The position numbers were made by a program, and so were the translations under genes. The notes under the pieces are model-generated. The model was not told the origin of the DNA. It saw only the letters and a program-made list of their open reading frames with translations, and searched no databases. A DNA stretch of 63,704 nucleotides, the filler included, from Octopus bimaculoides (Eukaryota), in the NCBI RefSeq assembly GCF_001194135.2. It is 7 parts of 7 records of this genome, joined end to end, with 100 filler letters (N's around TTAATTAATTAA, not from the genome) between each part and the next. Parts side by side here need not be neighbours in the genome. Positions count along the whole stretch, not along the records: positions 1 to 19,862 come from NC_068983.1; 6 more parts are not named here. The stretch is one strand, 5' to 3'. Below are positions 1 through 11,924 of the stretch, one piece after another. The first letter of the stretch is position 1, and each line of letters opens with the position of its first letter.

Positions 1-76
1 CCTCCAGGTTAATTGATCTACCCCGACACCCAGAGTTTCCTCGAGGACGCCGTCGATCTTGCTTGCCACTAATCGC
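1..76 (-). CDS. Possible exon of an unidentified divergent gene (RLVASKIDGVLEETLGVGVDQLTWR), truncated by the window edge
   Basis: On the minus strand a pyrimidine-rich tract ending ttctatAG (77-78) precedes a stop-free, GC-rich frame. No homology recognised. Confidence 0.3.
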
Positions 77-744
77 CTATAGAACGCAAAGAATTTGGAG
101 AAGGTGCAAAAAATATTTTTGGACGAAAATGTTTTCCACAAATGGTAACTAACACCTAATTCCTTCCCCTTTTCTTTGTCTCTCGGGTGATGATAGCAAT
201 TACGAAAGCCCGCCGATGACTCTCGTCTCATGAGACGAGTGTAACAGAAAATATTTACCAAATAAAGTACCAACCAGGTACTGAGGTTGATAACCCATAC
301 CCTATTCCAGCCCTTTATGTTCTGAATTCAAATTCCACCGGGGTCGACTTTGCCTTTCGTCCTTTCAGGGTCGATTAAACAAGTATCAGTTAAACCACAA
401 CATTTCTGGCCTTGTACCTATATAAGAAAGGAGATTTATTTCCCCAAATTTCTAATCTTGCATCGACATTAAATATAATTATGAGAATCGGACGGTGGAT
501 CATTGGTAAAAAGTGCAGTGAGGTATTTAGTTATGGCCCTTTAAGTTCCGAGTTCAAATCCTGCCTATGCCGACTTTGCTTTTCACATGCCCGGGACCGA
601 TAAAATATAATACCAATTAGTAGATGACCATCTCCCACGACATTTCCGATCCTTGTACCAACTTTACAATCTATTATTTTATAAATATTTCCTTTTATAC
701 AGCGAAAACTTTTCTTTATAACCAGTCATCAGGGGGAACACAAC

Positions 745-755
745 TGCGCATGCGC
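745..755. promoter_or_regulatory. NRF1-like palindromic site TGCGCATGCGC upstream of the NACA start region
   Basis: Sequence matches the NRF1/ewg consensus YGCGCAYGCGCR except the last base; it lies ~17 nt upstream of the pyrimidine tract in a relatively CpG-rich patch. Function is inferred. Confidence 0.55.
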
Positions 756-767
756 TACACTAAGCTA

Positions 768-824
768 CTTCCTTTTCCTTTACCATATTCTCTCATTCCG
801 AATATCTTTATCGGTGTCTTCGAT
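768..824 (+). other. NACA: Probable non-coding exon 1 of NACA with TCT/5'-TOP pyrimidine start
   Basis: CTTCCTTTTCCTTT at 768-781 contains TCCTTTTC (TCT initiator consensus YYC+1TTTYY, putative +1 at 772). A perfect donor GTAAGT is at 825-830. Spliced to the acceptor at 4815 it gives a short 5'UTR with no upstream AUG. Confidence 0.7.
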
Positions 825-1410
825 GTAAGTGAATCAATATCCTTTTATTTGTTTATCATCGAAATTTAAAGTGACTTTTGTGTTGTATGTATTCGATTTC
901 TCTATCGTTCCCAAATAATTTTGTCTCCGTTTATGACATGAATTTAATCTTTCTTTTTGTCCCGAATCTCAAAAGCATGAGCCGCGAGCTCTGTGTCTCT
1001 CGTGTCTTTATAATAACCATATATGTCTACATGTGCACCTTCGAAATAGAAATAGAAATGCTTTGTACCAATAATTCATTCTGGAATGAACTTAGATTTC
1101 ATCTGACAATAACCTAATATAAATCCTAATATTGCCAAACAATTAAAAGCTTCAATTATTGTTAAATCTTGCAAATATCTGATGTTTTTTCAATTAACTT
1201 TTAACAATCAACTTATTAGAAATGACGAATTTATATTTTTTTTTTATCCTAACAAATGTAATTCATGGCGATTATTAAAATTTTAATCTAAAATCTCTTT
1301 TACTGATTCTGTAATTTTTCAAAAATTATTTTGTCTTGGTTAACGAGGTGCAAGGTGCGAATTAAATAGCTTCACTTTAGCTAATTGTCACCAGTGTTTT
1401 TTGGAGGACG

Positions 1411-1441
<31 letters not shown>

Positions 1442-3734
1442 ATATATATATACCCCTCCATCAGCGCAACGCATTATTTAATTTACATTATATACATATA
1501 TAAGACGACTTTCTGCCAATGATCAAGGGAATTGTTAAGATAACTACATGTGGTAATGTTTGTAGTTTTAGATCCGTATCAACCCTTGATTGAGCAAAAA
1601 CTAGTCGAAGACTTTCCAATCGTGACAATCTCCTCTTTATTACCACATACTGTACCTGGGACCACATTAATTCCGTTGTTAACCTGATATTCCTCAAACA
1701 ACTAAAATTATCAGCTTATATATTAGGAAAGATTAAAAATGGTTGCATGGATGTTTTTCGGGCTGGTACGGTTATAATAGGACAATTCGAGCGTTATATA
1801 CAGGGCATATAGGCACGCAGCCGGATTCCCTGTCCTTCAAATCGGGGCTACATACAGCCTTAGTTGTCCCCTTGTGTCTGTGCTATGTTTTCATCATTCT
1901 AATTTTCCGCTTACTTGATATGTACACCATTGGGAGGGCATGAATGCCAAACAGTCTTTCGTTTTCTTCCTCTTATAAACCTTTCAGCATTCGAGATTCA
2001 GTTTTCTCTAGAAGCAGATCGATCTCCGTTGAAGTTACATTAATTATATCCAGGGTCATATATATATACTGGCAACTCGATTACAGCTTGAGGTAGCAGA
2101 ATTATTAAAAGCCGGATCTAGTTTCAACTCCCGGAGTTCGAATCCTGTCGGACTCGCTTCGCCTCATACCTATGGAATTACCGAAGTAAATTAGCAGTTA
2201 TACAATTAATTATTTCTAATTATTTGAAACAAGAGCACATTTTCTATGAGATTGGAACGACATAGTTCGGTGTTAATTACTTTTCTTTAAGCAACTTAGC
2301 GCACGATTAGTCTTACCTGGATCTTCCCGCCGTTCGCTACAATAACATCTTTGTTACACCTGGCTAACTATTCTCATCTACTAACATGGTTGACCAATAT
2401 TTTATTGGCTCCGATACCGAAGTGCATGTCAGGATTTACAGATATTGCCCGGGTAATAATTATGAATGAGGGCTCCAGGCTTTTTGAGGAAGGGGGCCAT
2501 CCAATCTATTAAATCGATCCTATAATAAGTTTATCGATTCCGGAAGGCTTTAAAATGATCGAGACAACAAGGTAGCTTTTATGTGGGTGCTCGGCCTGCT
2601 AGGAATAGCAACCAAATCTTCCAATTATACCCTTGTTTATTTTATTCCATATTGTATTTCTCAGCACGTCCTTTTTGTGTCTAGCTTTTTTCTTTTCACT
2701 CTAATAAACGGTTGGTTTATCTTCTGTTTCGATTGGTCCTGGGACTTGATACTTGTTATTTTAACCTCCGAAGAGTGAAGGTTTAAGTTAACCGCGACAG
2801 GAGGACAACTGGAATAATATAGGGCACTCTATCCAATTCTGTCAACTCAACTTGATAAGACAGCTTACTGTCCCCTTGATTTATAAGAGGGCATTGGATG
2901 AAGTACATGATTACGGTTGGAATGTCTTCGATCGTAAAATCTTCTCATCAGGTCTTAAACCGAGATTCCTTTGATGTAACCGAGGATCTAACGATTGTCA
3001 TCTCCTACCTTTAACAGTGAAGTTAACATTAACTTTTAAACTTCATATTATTTTGCTGAAATCTATTTCTTCAGAGGTATAATTAGACAAAACAGCTTTC
3101 TTTTCCCACTTTCCACAAACTTCGTGGTATTGTTACTGCTACTTAGATTAATGTTACTCTGTAATATTTACCTGAACAAAGGGACCGTAGTCACGTGGGC
3201 ATCTATTGTTGCAGCTTACCTGATTAACAAGCATGTATTAGTTTTTGTAATGAGGGAAATAATTCTCAAAGATACAACAATAAATAATTCAACAAAGGAC
3301 ATTTAAAATACAGTGCGTAAGGCACAGACATAGCTGTGTCGTTAAGAAGTTCACTTCTTAACCACATGTGGTTGAGAGTTCAGTTCTGCTGTACAGCATC
3401 TATGGGGAAATGAATTTGGTGAATGGAAACTACTGGAAGTCTTGAGTGAATGTGCATGAATGTTGATATTCCACTGCTGTCACTGCTTGAGTGATGAAAC
3501 AATGATGGCCATCCAGTCTGGTTTCAAAGGTTTCTGTAGGGGTTGGTGACAAGAATTTTTAACTGTAGTATCTTACTCATCTAACTCATGCTAGCATAGA
3601 AAAATGGAGGTTAAATGAACAAATGAATTAACTGGAGTTTTCAATATAAGCATGTATATAAAACCATCGATGTGAAGAGATTATTCAGTAGTAAAATTAC
3701 GAAGCAGTAGGGACGATGATGCGTAAAAGGCACC

Positions 3735-4225
3735 CACTACACTCTTGGAATGGTTGGTGTTGGGAAGGGCATCCAGCCGTAGAAACTGGAGCTTGGTGCA
3801 GCACTCTGGCTTACCAGTTACAGCCAGGCTGCCCAACCCATGCCAGCATGGAAAGTAACATCACCACACTATTGGATAGTGTTTCGGTGACCATGTGGTA
3901 AGAAGTTTGCTTCTCGGCCACATGGTTCCAGATTCTGTCCCACTGCATGTTACCTTGGGCTAGAGTCTCCTGCTATAGCCTTGGGCATACCCATACCTTT
4001 TGAGTGGATTCGGTACACGGAAACTGAAGAAGCCCATGTGTGTGTGTTCCTCCACTGCTTGATACGCTGTTGGTGTGTTTACATCCCTGTAACTTAGCAG
4101 TTCAGCAATAGAGACCAACAATAAGTACCAGGTTTAAAAAGATAAGTATTGTGGTTAATTCATTTGAATAAAACTCTTAAAGGCAGTGCTCCAGCATGGC
4201 TGCCGTCTGATAACTGAAACCACTC
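3735..4225 (+). mobile_element. Family-C fragment followed by a family-B (tRNA/CORE-like) SINE
   Basis: AGGGCATCCAGCCGTAGAAAC motif, then TGTGGTAAGAAG...CCTTGGGC...CCAGCATGGC, both recurring many times in the window. Confidence 0.75.
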
Positions 4226-4446
4226 AATATATTGTAGCTACAATTTTTTTTATCTGTATTAGTTTTTTTGTTTAAATCTCTAAATGGTAGAATAATTTTG
4301 TAAGATATTCCCACAACATTTCCCTCTTGGAAATTAGCTTTTTGTACTTTTGGTTACTTGACTTTTTTTATTAATTGTTAATGAGAAAATAATTAATCTT
4401 TTAATAACTCTCTGAACGAGGTATAAACAGTAGCTGCACGACAACA

Positions 4447-4703
4447 TGAAGTATATTTGCCACTTAAATGTGGCTAACCCCTAAGGGTAAATGGTACTGT
4501 AGCTTGTAGCCCCAGAACATCTCCTCCAGCTGGCTATTGATACACTTTCTGTGCCCTGTAGGTATTGACTTCCCTTTGCAAATACCTACAGGGCACAGGA
4601 AATGTGTCAATAGCCAGCTGGAGAAGATGTTCTCCTGGGGCTACAAGCTACAGTAGCATTCACCCTTAGGGGTTAGCCACATTTAAGTGGCAAATATACT
4701 TCA
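4447..4703. repeat. 257-bp foldback (long inverted repeat, MITE-like) in NACA intron 1
   Basis: Arms of ~122 bp (TGAAGTATATTTGCCAC... / ...GTGGCAAATATACTTCA) are reverse complementary with ~7 substitutions and small indels; loop ~10-12 nt. Confidence 0.92.
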
Positions 4704-4827
4704 AATTAATCTTTTGTTATGGGGAAAACGTCCATTATCTGAAACATCACTGGAAGACAATCTTTTTGATTGTCTAAGCTTTTGTTAAGAGATTCTTGTT
4801 TTTTTTAATTTCAGTAACATCATCACC

Positions 4828-4974
4828 ATGCCAACAGAAGCAGTGGAGAAACCTGTCCAAAACACCAAGAAAGAAGAAGTTGAGGATGATGATGATGCTG
4901 ATTCAGACTCCAAGTCTGATGACTCTTTACCAGAATTGCAAGAGGATGGTGCCGGCACATCACAGCAGAGCCAG
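4828..4974 (+). CDS. NACA: NACA coding exon 1 (MPTEAVEKPV...GAGTSQQSQ, acidic N-terminus)
   Basis: Acceptor ttttaatttcAG at 4813-4814; ATG in caccATG context; donor GTAATA at 4975; 49 codons, phase 0; the SDSxSDDSLPEL motif is typical of NAC-alpha. Confidence 0.95.
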
Positions 4975-5269
4975 GTAATAATATATTTAGATGCCTTTTA
5001 TTTCGTATTTTACATATTCGTTGTCCAGCAACATAATTTGAAATATTTGATTCAGGAGTTTGAAAATTTGAAAGCTTTATTTAACTGACTGGTGTATATA
5101 AGCAATGACCATCACCACAGAATTTAATAAACAGCTTGTATAAGATTAATATTTGTGATAAAAGCAGCAAATTTTTTTTCTGTTTATTGAAATGCTTCTG
5201 TTTAATGACACTATTGTCTCTCTCGTACCTGAGATTGATATCACTGGTGCTTGATTATGATGAAGGTTT

Positions 5270-5905
5270 CAGTTGATCTGATCAATGGAAAAGCTACTTT
5301 TGAAATTAATTTGTAAGTAGCTGAGCACTCCTCCGATGTTGTTGTTGTTGGCACTGCGTAGCTTACGACGTCGAGGGTTCCAGTTGATCCGATCAACAGA
5401 ACAGCCTGCTCGTGAAATTAACGTGCAAGTGGCTGAGCACTCCACAGACACGTGTAACCTTAATGTAGTTCTCGGGGATATTCAGCGTGACACAGTGTGA
5501 CAAGGCTGGGCCTTTGAATTACAGGTACAACAGAAACAGGAAGAGTGAGAGAAAGTTGTGGTGAAAGAGTACAGCAGGGGTCGCCACTCTGCTGGAGCCT
5601 CGTGGAGCTTTAGGTGTTTTCGCTCATAAACACTCACAACGCCCGGTCTGGGAATCGAAACTGGGCCATTGCGCCTCCACACTCCTCCGATACATGTACC
5701 TTTAATTTAGTTCTCAGGTAGATTCAACAGGACACAGGAAGTGACAAGGCTGGCCCTTTAAAATGGAGGTATTACTTATTTTTACCAGCTGAGTGACCTG
5801 GAGCAACATGAAATGAAGTGTTTTGCACAAGGAGGCAACGCACTGCCAAGTATTGAACTCATAACCTTTGCGATCATGAAAGCAAATACTTAAACCACTA
5901 AGCTA
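5270..5905 (-). mobile_element. Cluster of family-D SINE-like copies in NACA intron 2
   Basis: Reverse B-box (GTTTCGATTCCCAGACCGGGCG) near 5640-5662; an ~75-bp segment is duplicated (5265-5335 vs 5375-5445); GAAGTGTTTTGCACAAGG resembles 30225-30245. Confidence 0.6.
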
Positions 5906-6244
5906 CAAACCTTTATAGTTTCTTTGGCCTATCCACCATTGTATAGACAAAGTAAGAAGTTGTGAATTTGCATTGATGACAGGCCAGAAGAGCTGGCATC
6001 AGCCATGTTCGGATGGTGCTTTTTACATGCTACCGGCACGGGGGTCACAGCTACAATTTCCATTTGATTTGATTTTGATATATACATAAATATATATAGA
6101 TAGATAGACATGACATGGGTGGATAGGGGGTTATGTGAATAAGCTGATTTAATTTTATATGTAATATAGACATCTATCTGCCTTATTTGAGTGTTAATTA
6201 TCTATCTTTAATTAATCTTCATTACAATTATCTTTTGGTTGCAG

Positions 6245-6338
6245 GTTGCCCAAGTAGCTGGTCTTCAGGAGGAATTAGTTAGTAAAGCTAAACAAAGCCG
6301 AAGTGAGAAAAAAGCTCGGAAGGCAATGTCGAAACTTG
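6245..6338 (+). CDS. NACA: NACA coding exon 2 ([32 protein letters not shown])
   Basis: ttgcAG acceptor and GTAAAT donor; contains the hallmark [17 protein letters not shown]; in frame with the flanking exons (phase 0 to 1). Confidence 0.97.
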
Positions 6339-6803
6339 GTAAATAACGTGTTTTTATTTCAGTTACAATTTATATGTAAGTTACCATATCAAGCGTCATC
6401 ATTTTAACTGCTATTTTTAGTGATATTGTATATATTGGTCGGTAAATGCAGCATCTCCAGGTTGTTTAAGCCCTTGCTGGTGCAGATTCAGCAAACCCAT
6501 GATTAAAAGCATTCCTCATGTGACCATATCATTTTTTTTTGTATACCTATGACTACATAGATGCGCCCTGTCTAAAAACATCAGGATTTGATGTGAAGAA
6601 ATTTGACTTGGTCCGTGTTTCTCAATGTGTTCCATGTTGTATCAATCATAATTGTTTAATGATTGAACATTCAAATCTGACCCCGTTTCTCCCCATTTAC
6701 ATTTCATTTATGTAACAGGCAGTTTCCTGTATCATCCCAATGTTACTCTGTCATCCGTCCAATGACCAAACAATGAAAATTATCTCCCTAATATATCAGT
6801 TAA

Positions 6804-7012
6804 ATCAGGTGGGTGAGCTGGCAGAATCATTAACACACCAGGCAAAATGCTTAGCAGTATTTCGTCTGCTTTTGTTCTGAGTTCAAATTCTGCCAAAATC
6901 GACTTTACTTTTCAACCTTTAGGTGGTGATGAAATAAGTACCAGTTGAATTCTGGGGTTGATGAATCAACCCCTCCCCCAAAATTGCTGGCCTTGTGTCA
7001 GAATTTGGAATC
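6804..7012 (+). mobile_element. Family-A tRNA-derived SINE with 14-bp TSD
   Basis: A-box-like GGTGAGCTGGCAGAA and B-box GTTCAAATTC; direct repeat AATATATCAGTTAA at 6790-6803 and 7013-7026. Confidence 0.9.
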
Positions 7013-7145
7013 AATATATCAGTTAATGTATTTGATAACTCCATTATTACTTTAACAATTTACAATCTGTCTCTGTAGTTATCAAAGTTGGGTGTACAGT
7101 AATATTAATTATTTGCGTTAGTGACACTGTATTGTAGTTTTGCTG

Positions 7146-7780
7146 TGTGGTAAGAAGCTTCCTTATCAACCACATGGTTCCGGGTTCAGTCCCACTGTGT
7201 GGCACTTGGGCCGAACAAAACCTTGTGAGTGGATTTGGTAGACGGAAACTGAAAGAAGCCTGTCGTATATATATGTGTATANNNNNNNNNNNNNNNNNNN
7301 NNNNNNNNNNNNNNNNNNNNNNNNNNNNNNNNNNNNNNNNNNNNNNNNNNNNNNNNNNNNNNNNTATATATGTATGTATACGTGCGGGTGACACGTAAAA
7401 GCACCCACTACACTCTCTGAGTGGTTGGCGTTAGGAAGGGCATCCAGCTGTAGAAACTCTGCCAAATCAGACTGGAGCCTGGTGTTGCCATCCGGTTTCA
7501 CCAGTCCTCAGTCAAATCGTCCAACCCATGCTAGCATGGAAAGCGGACGTTAAACGATGATGATGATGATGATGTATCTGTATATGTTTGTGTGTCTGTG
7601 TTTGTTCCCCCAACATCGCTTGACAACCGATGTTGATGTGTTTACATCCCCATAACTTTAGCGGTTCGGCAATAGAGACTGATAGAATAAGTCCTGGGGT
7701 CGATTTGTTCGACTAAACGCGGTGCTCCAGCATGGCTGCACTCAAATGACTGAAACAAATATTAAGAAAAAAGAAAAGAA
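7146..7780 (+). mobile_element. Family-B SINE interrupted by a family-C element (7381-7575)
   Basis: B head at 7146-7281, gap, C body ending ACGTTAAACGATGATGATG, then the B body resumes (TGTGTTTGTTCCCC...ACTGAAACAA). Confidence 0.85.
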
Positions 7781-8082
7781 ATACTTTTTAGGAATCACTG
7801 AAATGAATATTTCAATATTTCTTGACATTGTGGTACATGTTACTGATTCTAACACTTAGATAATTCACCGACAAAATGAACCTTCTTTAGAGAAACGTTT
7901 GCAACCTATGGACTTGTCCCTCTTTTTCAGTGTCTAATGCTTAACTTCCAACATGCCATTCAAGGAACATATCCTCTCACCAGCTGTTTTAGTTATAGCT
8001 ACAGCCATATTGTTCTATATTACTTTATTCTGTTATTAGTATTTGTACTGAAAGTTCAATGGAGTTAAAAGTCTATCCATCA

Positions 8083-8235
8083 TCATCATCATCATCATTT
8101 AACGTCCGCTTTCCATGCTAGCATGGGTTGGACGGTTTGACTGAGGACTGGTGAAACCAAATGGCTACACGAGGCTCCAATCTGATGTGGCAGAGTTTCT
8201 ACAGCTGGATGCCCTTCCTAACGCCAACCACTCAT
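8083..8235 (-). mobile_element. Family-C retroposon 3' fragment with (GAT)n tail
   Basis: Reverse complement of 11005-11145 at ~94% identity. Confidence 0.9.
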
Positions 8236-8252
8236 ATCCATGTCTTTATTAA

Positions 8253-8585
<333 letters not shown>

Positions 8586-9886
8586 TAAATCCCCTAATAC
8601 ATATCTGAACTCATGGTTCAGATTGATCTCTTTAGGATCGTGTTTGTCATCAGAATACACTGCAGGTGTGGTTCAATTAATTTTCTAAATAGCCAAGAAT
8701 TCATAGTGGAAGTTTAGTATATGGTTAAGGTGGTGTTTGGAACACAACTTAGTGTTAAAGGATGACAAAGAGGAGAGGCAAGGGTTCTGGGTTGGTTTGG
8801 ACAGAAGTGATACACAAATTGCCACTTTGGAGAAGCAAAAGCCATTATAAATAGCAGTAAAAGTAATGCTGTAATTGAGTCTTGGCAATTTGCCAGGTGG
8901 CCTCTTTTCAGAAACTGCAGAATACAATTTCATGAGCTGGATATAGATTTCATAGAAAACAACTGATTCTGTGCTTTAAAACCGTGTTTTTTTTTTTAAA
9001 ATTAAAATCTTCCGTTACAATTTAATGTAAGAGACTTTTGTTAATGGAAAAATTAACTTTCCATCTAAGTTGATTAATTTTCAGATTTAAGACAGTGTAT
9101 TTAATTTAAAAAAAATATGATCACAAAAAGTACAGGCTTTAAGTAACTGCGAATATATTTTTCGTGAATTTCTTCCTGTACAAATTAAGTCCCTTTAACT
9201 GTATCTCTTCCGCTTGACAGAGCAGTGATATATATGTATATATGTGTGCATGTTTTTAACCCATATAAAATATATATTATTCTTAAATTTTTAGTGCTTA
9301 GGTTGTCTCATATTTTAAATTAGTTCTCCTTTTCGTTCAGGATATGTGTTAAATCGTAAATAATTTAGTCTTTCCAAATAATTATTGTAGACATAGTCAT
9401 AGGTTCGAATTTTTTAATTTGATGAAATAATATCCTTATTATTGTGTTGTTGCATTTAGAAATTCAACTATTCGTTGGTTTTAACTGCTAAATATTTATT
9501 GTTAAAACTCAACCATAAGATAAAGATTCAGCTACAATATTTCTAATATTTAAGATATATTTGAGGTCTTATTGCAGTGCTTAAACTTATATCAAAATAA
9601 TTTAAAGTTTAAGTTCAGAAAAAAATCAGAGAAAAGTATTTGAAACGTGAAAGACATTTTATTATTGGATTATTTTGCCATCAACTCCGAACATACTATG
9701 AATTAAAATCCTTGATGAAAATGTTAGAATTGAAAGATTAAAATTCATTTCAAAATATCACTTTAATGACATGGATTGAAGCTCGTTTGGGTAAAATCAT
9801 CATCATTAACATATTACCAAATTTTGTTTGTATTCTACAACATTTACAGAAACAACGTAAATTTTCAAAATTGTTTTGGATTTTAA

Positions 9887-10090
9887 CCCCTTAGCATTCA
9901 GCTTATTCTGTCTAATGGAATGCTTATTTATTCGTTTTCAATTAATCCTGCATTATTTCATAGCATTGAGCTTTTGATGATGTGATTGTTTGATTTTAGA
10001 ATGAAATTTTACGTTAGGTGTGAGAGGCTGGTTTGAATAAAACTAGTGAAATATTTAGGCCGGATATGGTTGGTTTGAATGCTGAAAGAT
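9887..10090. mobile_element. Degenerate TTAA-flanked piggyBac-like MITE (family 2); similar copy at 13480-13690
   Basis: TTAA-CCCCTTAGCATTCAG left end and TTGAATGCTGAAAGA right end; related termini at 13476, 16470-16490 and 19634. Confidence 0.6.
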
Positions 10091-10329
10091 TGACATATTT
10101 CCAAATTTTGTTTGTATTATTGTTTACATTCATGGATATGAGTGAAATTTCAAATCAAGTATTTTACATACTTAGTAACTTAGCACTAAGTATTTACATT
10201 TAAAAACCTTTTGGTTCTACCCTACCGGACGCTATCTCAAGTTCTATGCTTCAAAAACCTTGTATCGAAAGGTTTATATCTAAATTAAGATTTTCCTAAA
10301 TTTTATGGGCACTTTTTGTTATGCTCCAA

Positions 10330-10543
10330 TTCTACTCTAGGCACAAGTCCTTGAAAATTTTGGGGGAAGGGGACTGGTCGATTATATCAACCCCTGTGCA
10401 TAACTGGTACTTATTTCATTGACCCTGAAAGGATATAAGGCAAAGTCGACCTTAGCGGAATTTGAACTCAGAATGTAGCGGCAGACGAAATACCACTAAG
10501 TATTTCACCTGGCATGCTAACAATTCTGCCAGCTCACCACCTT
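10330..10543 (-). mobile_element. Family-A SINE
   Basis: Reverse complement of the family-A head and body, with the TTCTACTCTAGGCACAAG tail. Confidence 0.88.
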
Positions 10544-10722
10544 AAATAATAATAATAATAATGACAGTTAATTTAGTAAAACCCTCAAAATTCTTTATCG
10601 TTATAAACATTAATTGTCAGCTTTAGTATTTCATTAGAAATATAGTTATCGAGGAGTTAAAATATGTGGAATGGTTGTTTTTGATAATTTAAAGAGGGAA
10701 TTATTTATTCTTTACTTTTTAG

Positions 10723-10857
10723 ATTGAAGATCTGAGCCAACAGGCTCAAATGGCTGCTGCAGAGAAATTTAAAGCACCAGAGAACCCAGCCACATGTCCC
10801 GATGGGGCACAGAATCCTCTTTCTCAACCAATTCTTGAAGAATCAGAAGAAGAAGAG
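10723..10857 (+). CDS. NACA: NACA coding exon 4 (IEDLSQQAQMAAAEKFK...EESEEEE)
   Basis: ttttAG acceptor and GTAAAC donor; 45 codons; conserved IEDLSQQAQ-AAAEKFK. Confidence 0.97.
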
Positions 10858-10898
10858 GTAAACATACTTTTTTTATTTTTTAACGATTTTTTTTTTTT

Positions 10899-11145
10899 GT
10901 GCGGGTGGCACATGAAATGCACTATTTTGAGCGTGGCCATTGCCAGTACCGCCTGACTGGCCTTCGTGCGGGTGACACGTAAAAGCACACACTACACTCT
11001 CTGAGTGGTTGGCGTTAGGAAGGGCATCCAGCTGTAGAAACTCTGCCAAATCAGATTGGAGCCTGGTGTAGCCATCTGGTTTCACCAGTCCTCCGTCAAA
11101 TCGTCCAACCCATGCCAGCATGGAAAGCAGACGTTAAACGACGAC
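10899..11145 (+). mobile_element. Family-C retroposon, 41 nt downstream of the NACA donor at 10857
   Basis: Near-identical to the copies at 44695, 46630 and 48530; preceded by a T-rich tract. Confidence 0.9.
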
Positions 11146-11924
11146 TCCAATTAAAGTGTTTTCTTTCTTTGTCTATTGTCGTCATTGTAACGTCTACTCC
11201 ATGCACAAGTTGGATGAAATCTAAGACAGATTGTCTATAGCTTGATGCCCTTTCTGTTGCCTAATCTTACCTGTCTCTAAACAAGGTAATATTTCTCCAT
11301 GGCCAGACATGTTTTTTCACAAGTATGCAACTCCTCTTGTAGAGTGGGGATACCTTTTTTTTTTCTACAACTATTGCATCGTGTCAAGACAAGAAGACAC
11401 ACATATTGCAGACTTTCAGTTTCTGTCTGCCTAATCCACTCACAAAGCTTTGGTCGATCCAGGATTATAGTACAAAACCCAAGGTACCATGCAAGTGGGA
11501 CTAGACCAAAGACCATGTCTTCACTTATCCTGGTTTTGCTGCATTGAATGCCAGTCGGGTGTAGTAAATTCTAGCTGATGTTAATATTGTATATATCCAC
11601 AAAGTATTAAGATTGCTTTCTAGATTTTTGATGGCTTTCTTTTCACTGCAGTTACGTTATTCTAAGTGAAGTGAAATGACTTAACCATATTAATAAATGG
11701 TGATAAATAACTCGTTTGGATTTACCATAGTTACGTAATATTGATAATGTGTTCCCTTTACATCAAATGAAACAGACCTATTATCAAAGATGTTCTAGCA
11801 ATGACCAGTTCATCTGTTATTCAAATGTGTATTTGGGACTACATAGCCTCATGGCAATTGATTTGAGGCAAAGTTTGTTGACTGTATGAAGTGGTTGTGT
11901 GATATTTTGGCATTGCTGATTCAT

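Noticed and set aside
5257-5324. ATGATGA...CTGA with GTGC/GCAC flanks resembling a C/D snoRNA
   Set aside because: The interval is a decayed duplicate of the repeat segment at 5375-5445, so the boxes are incidental.
6808-6900. tRNA genes at SINE heads (A-box and GTTCAAATTC B-box, many copies)
   Set aside because: No cloverleaf, and each continues into a SINE body and tail.
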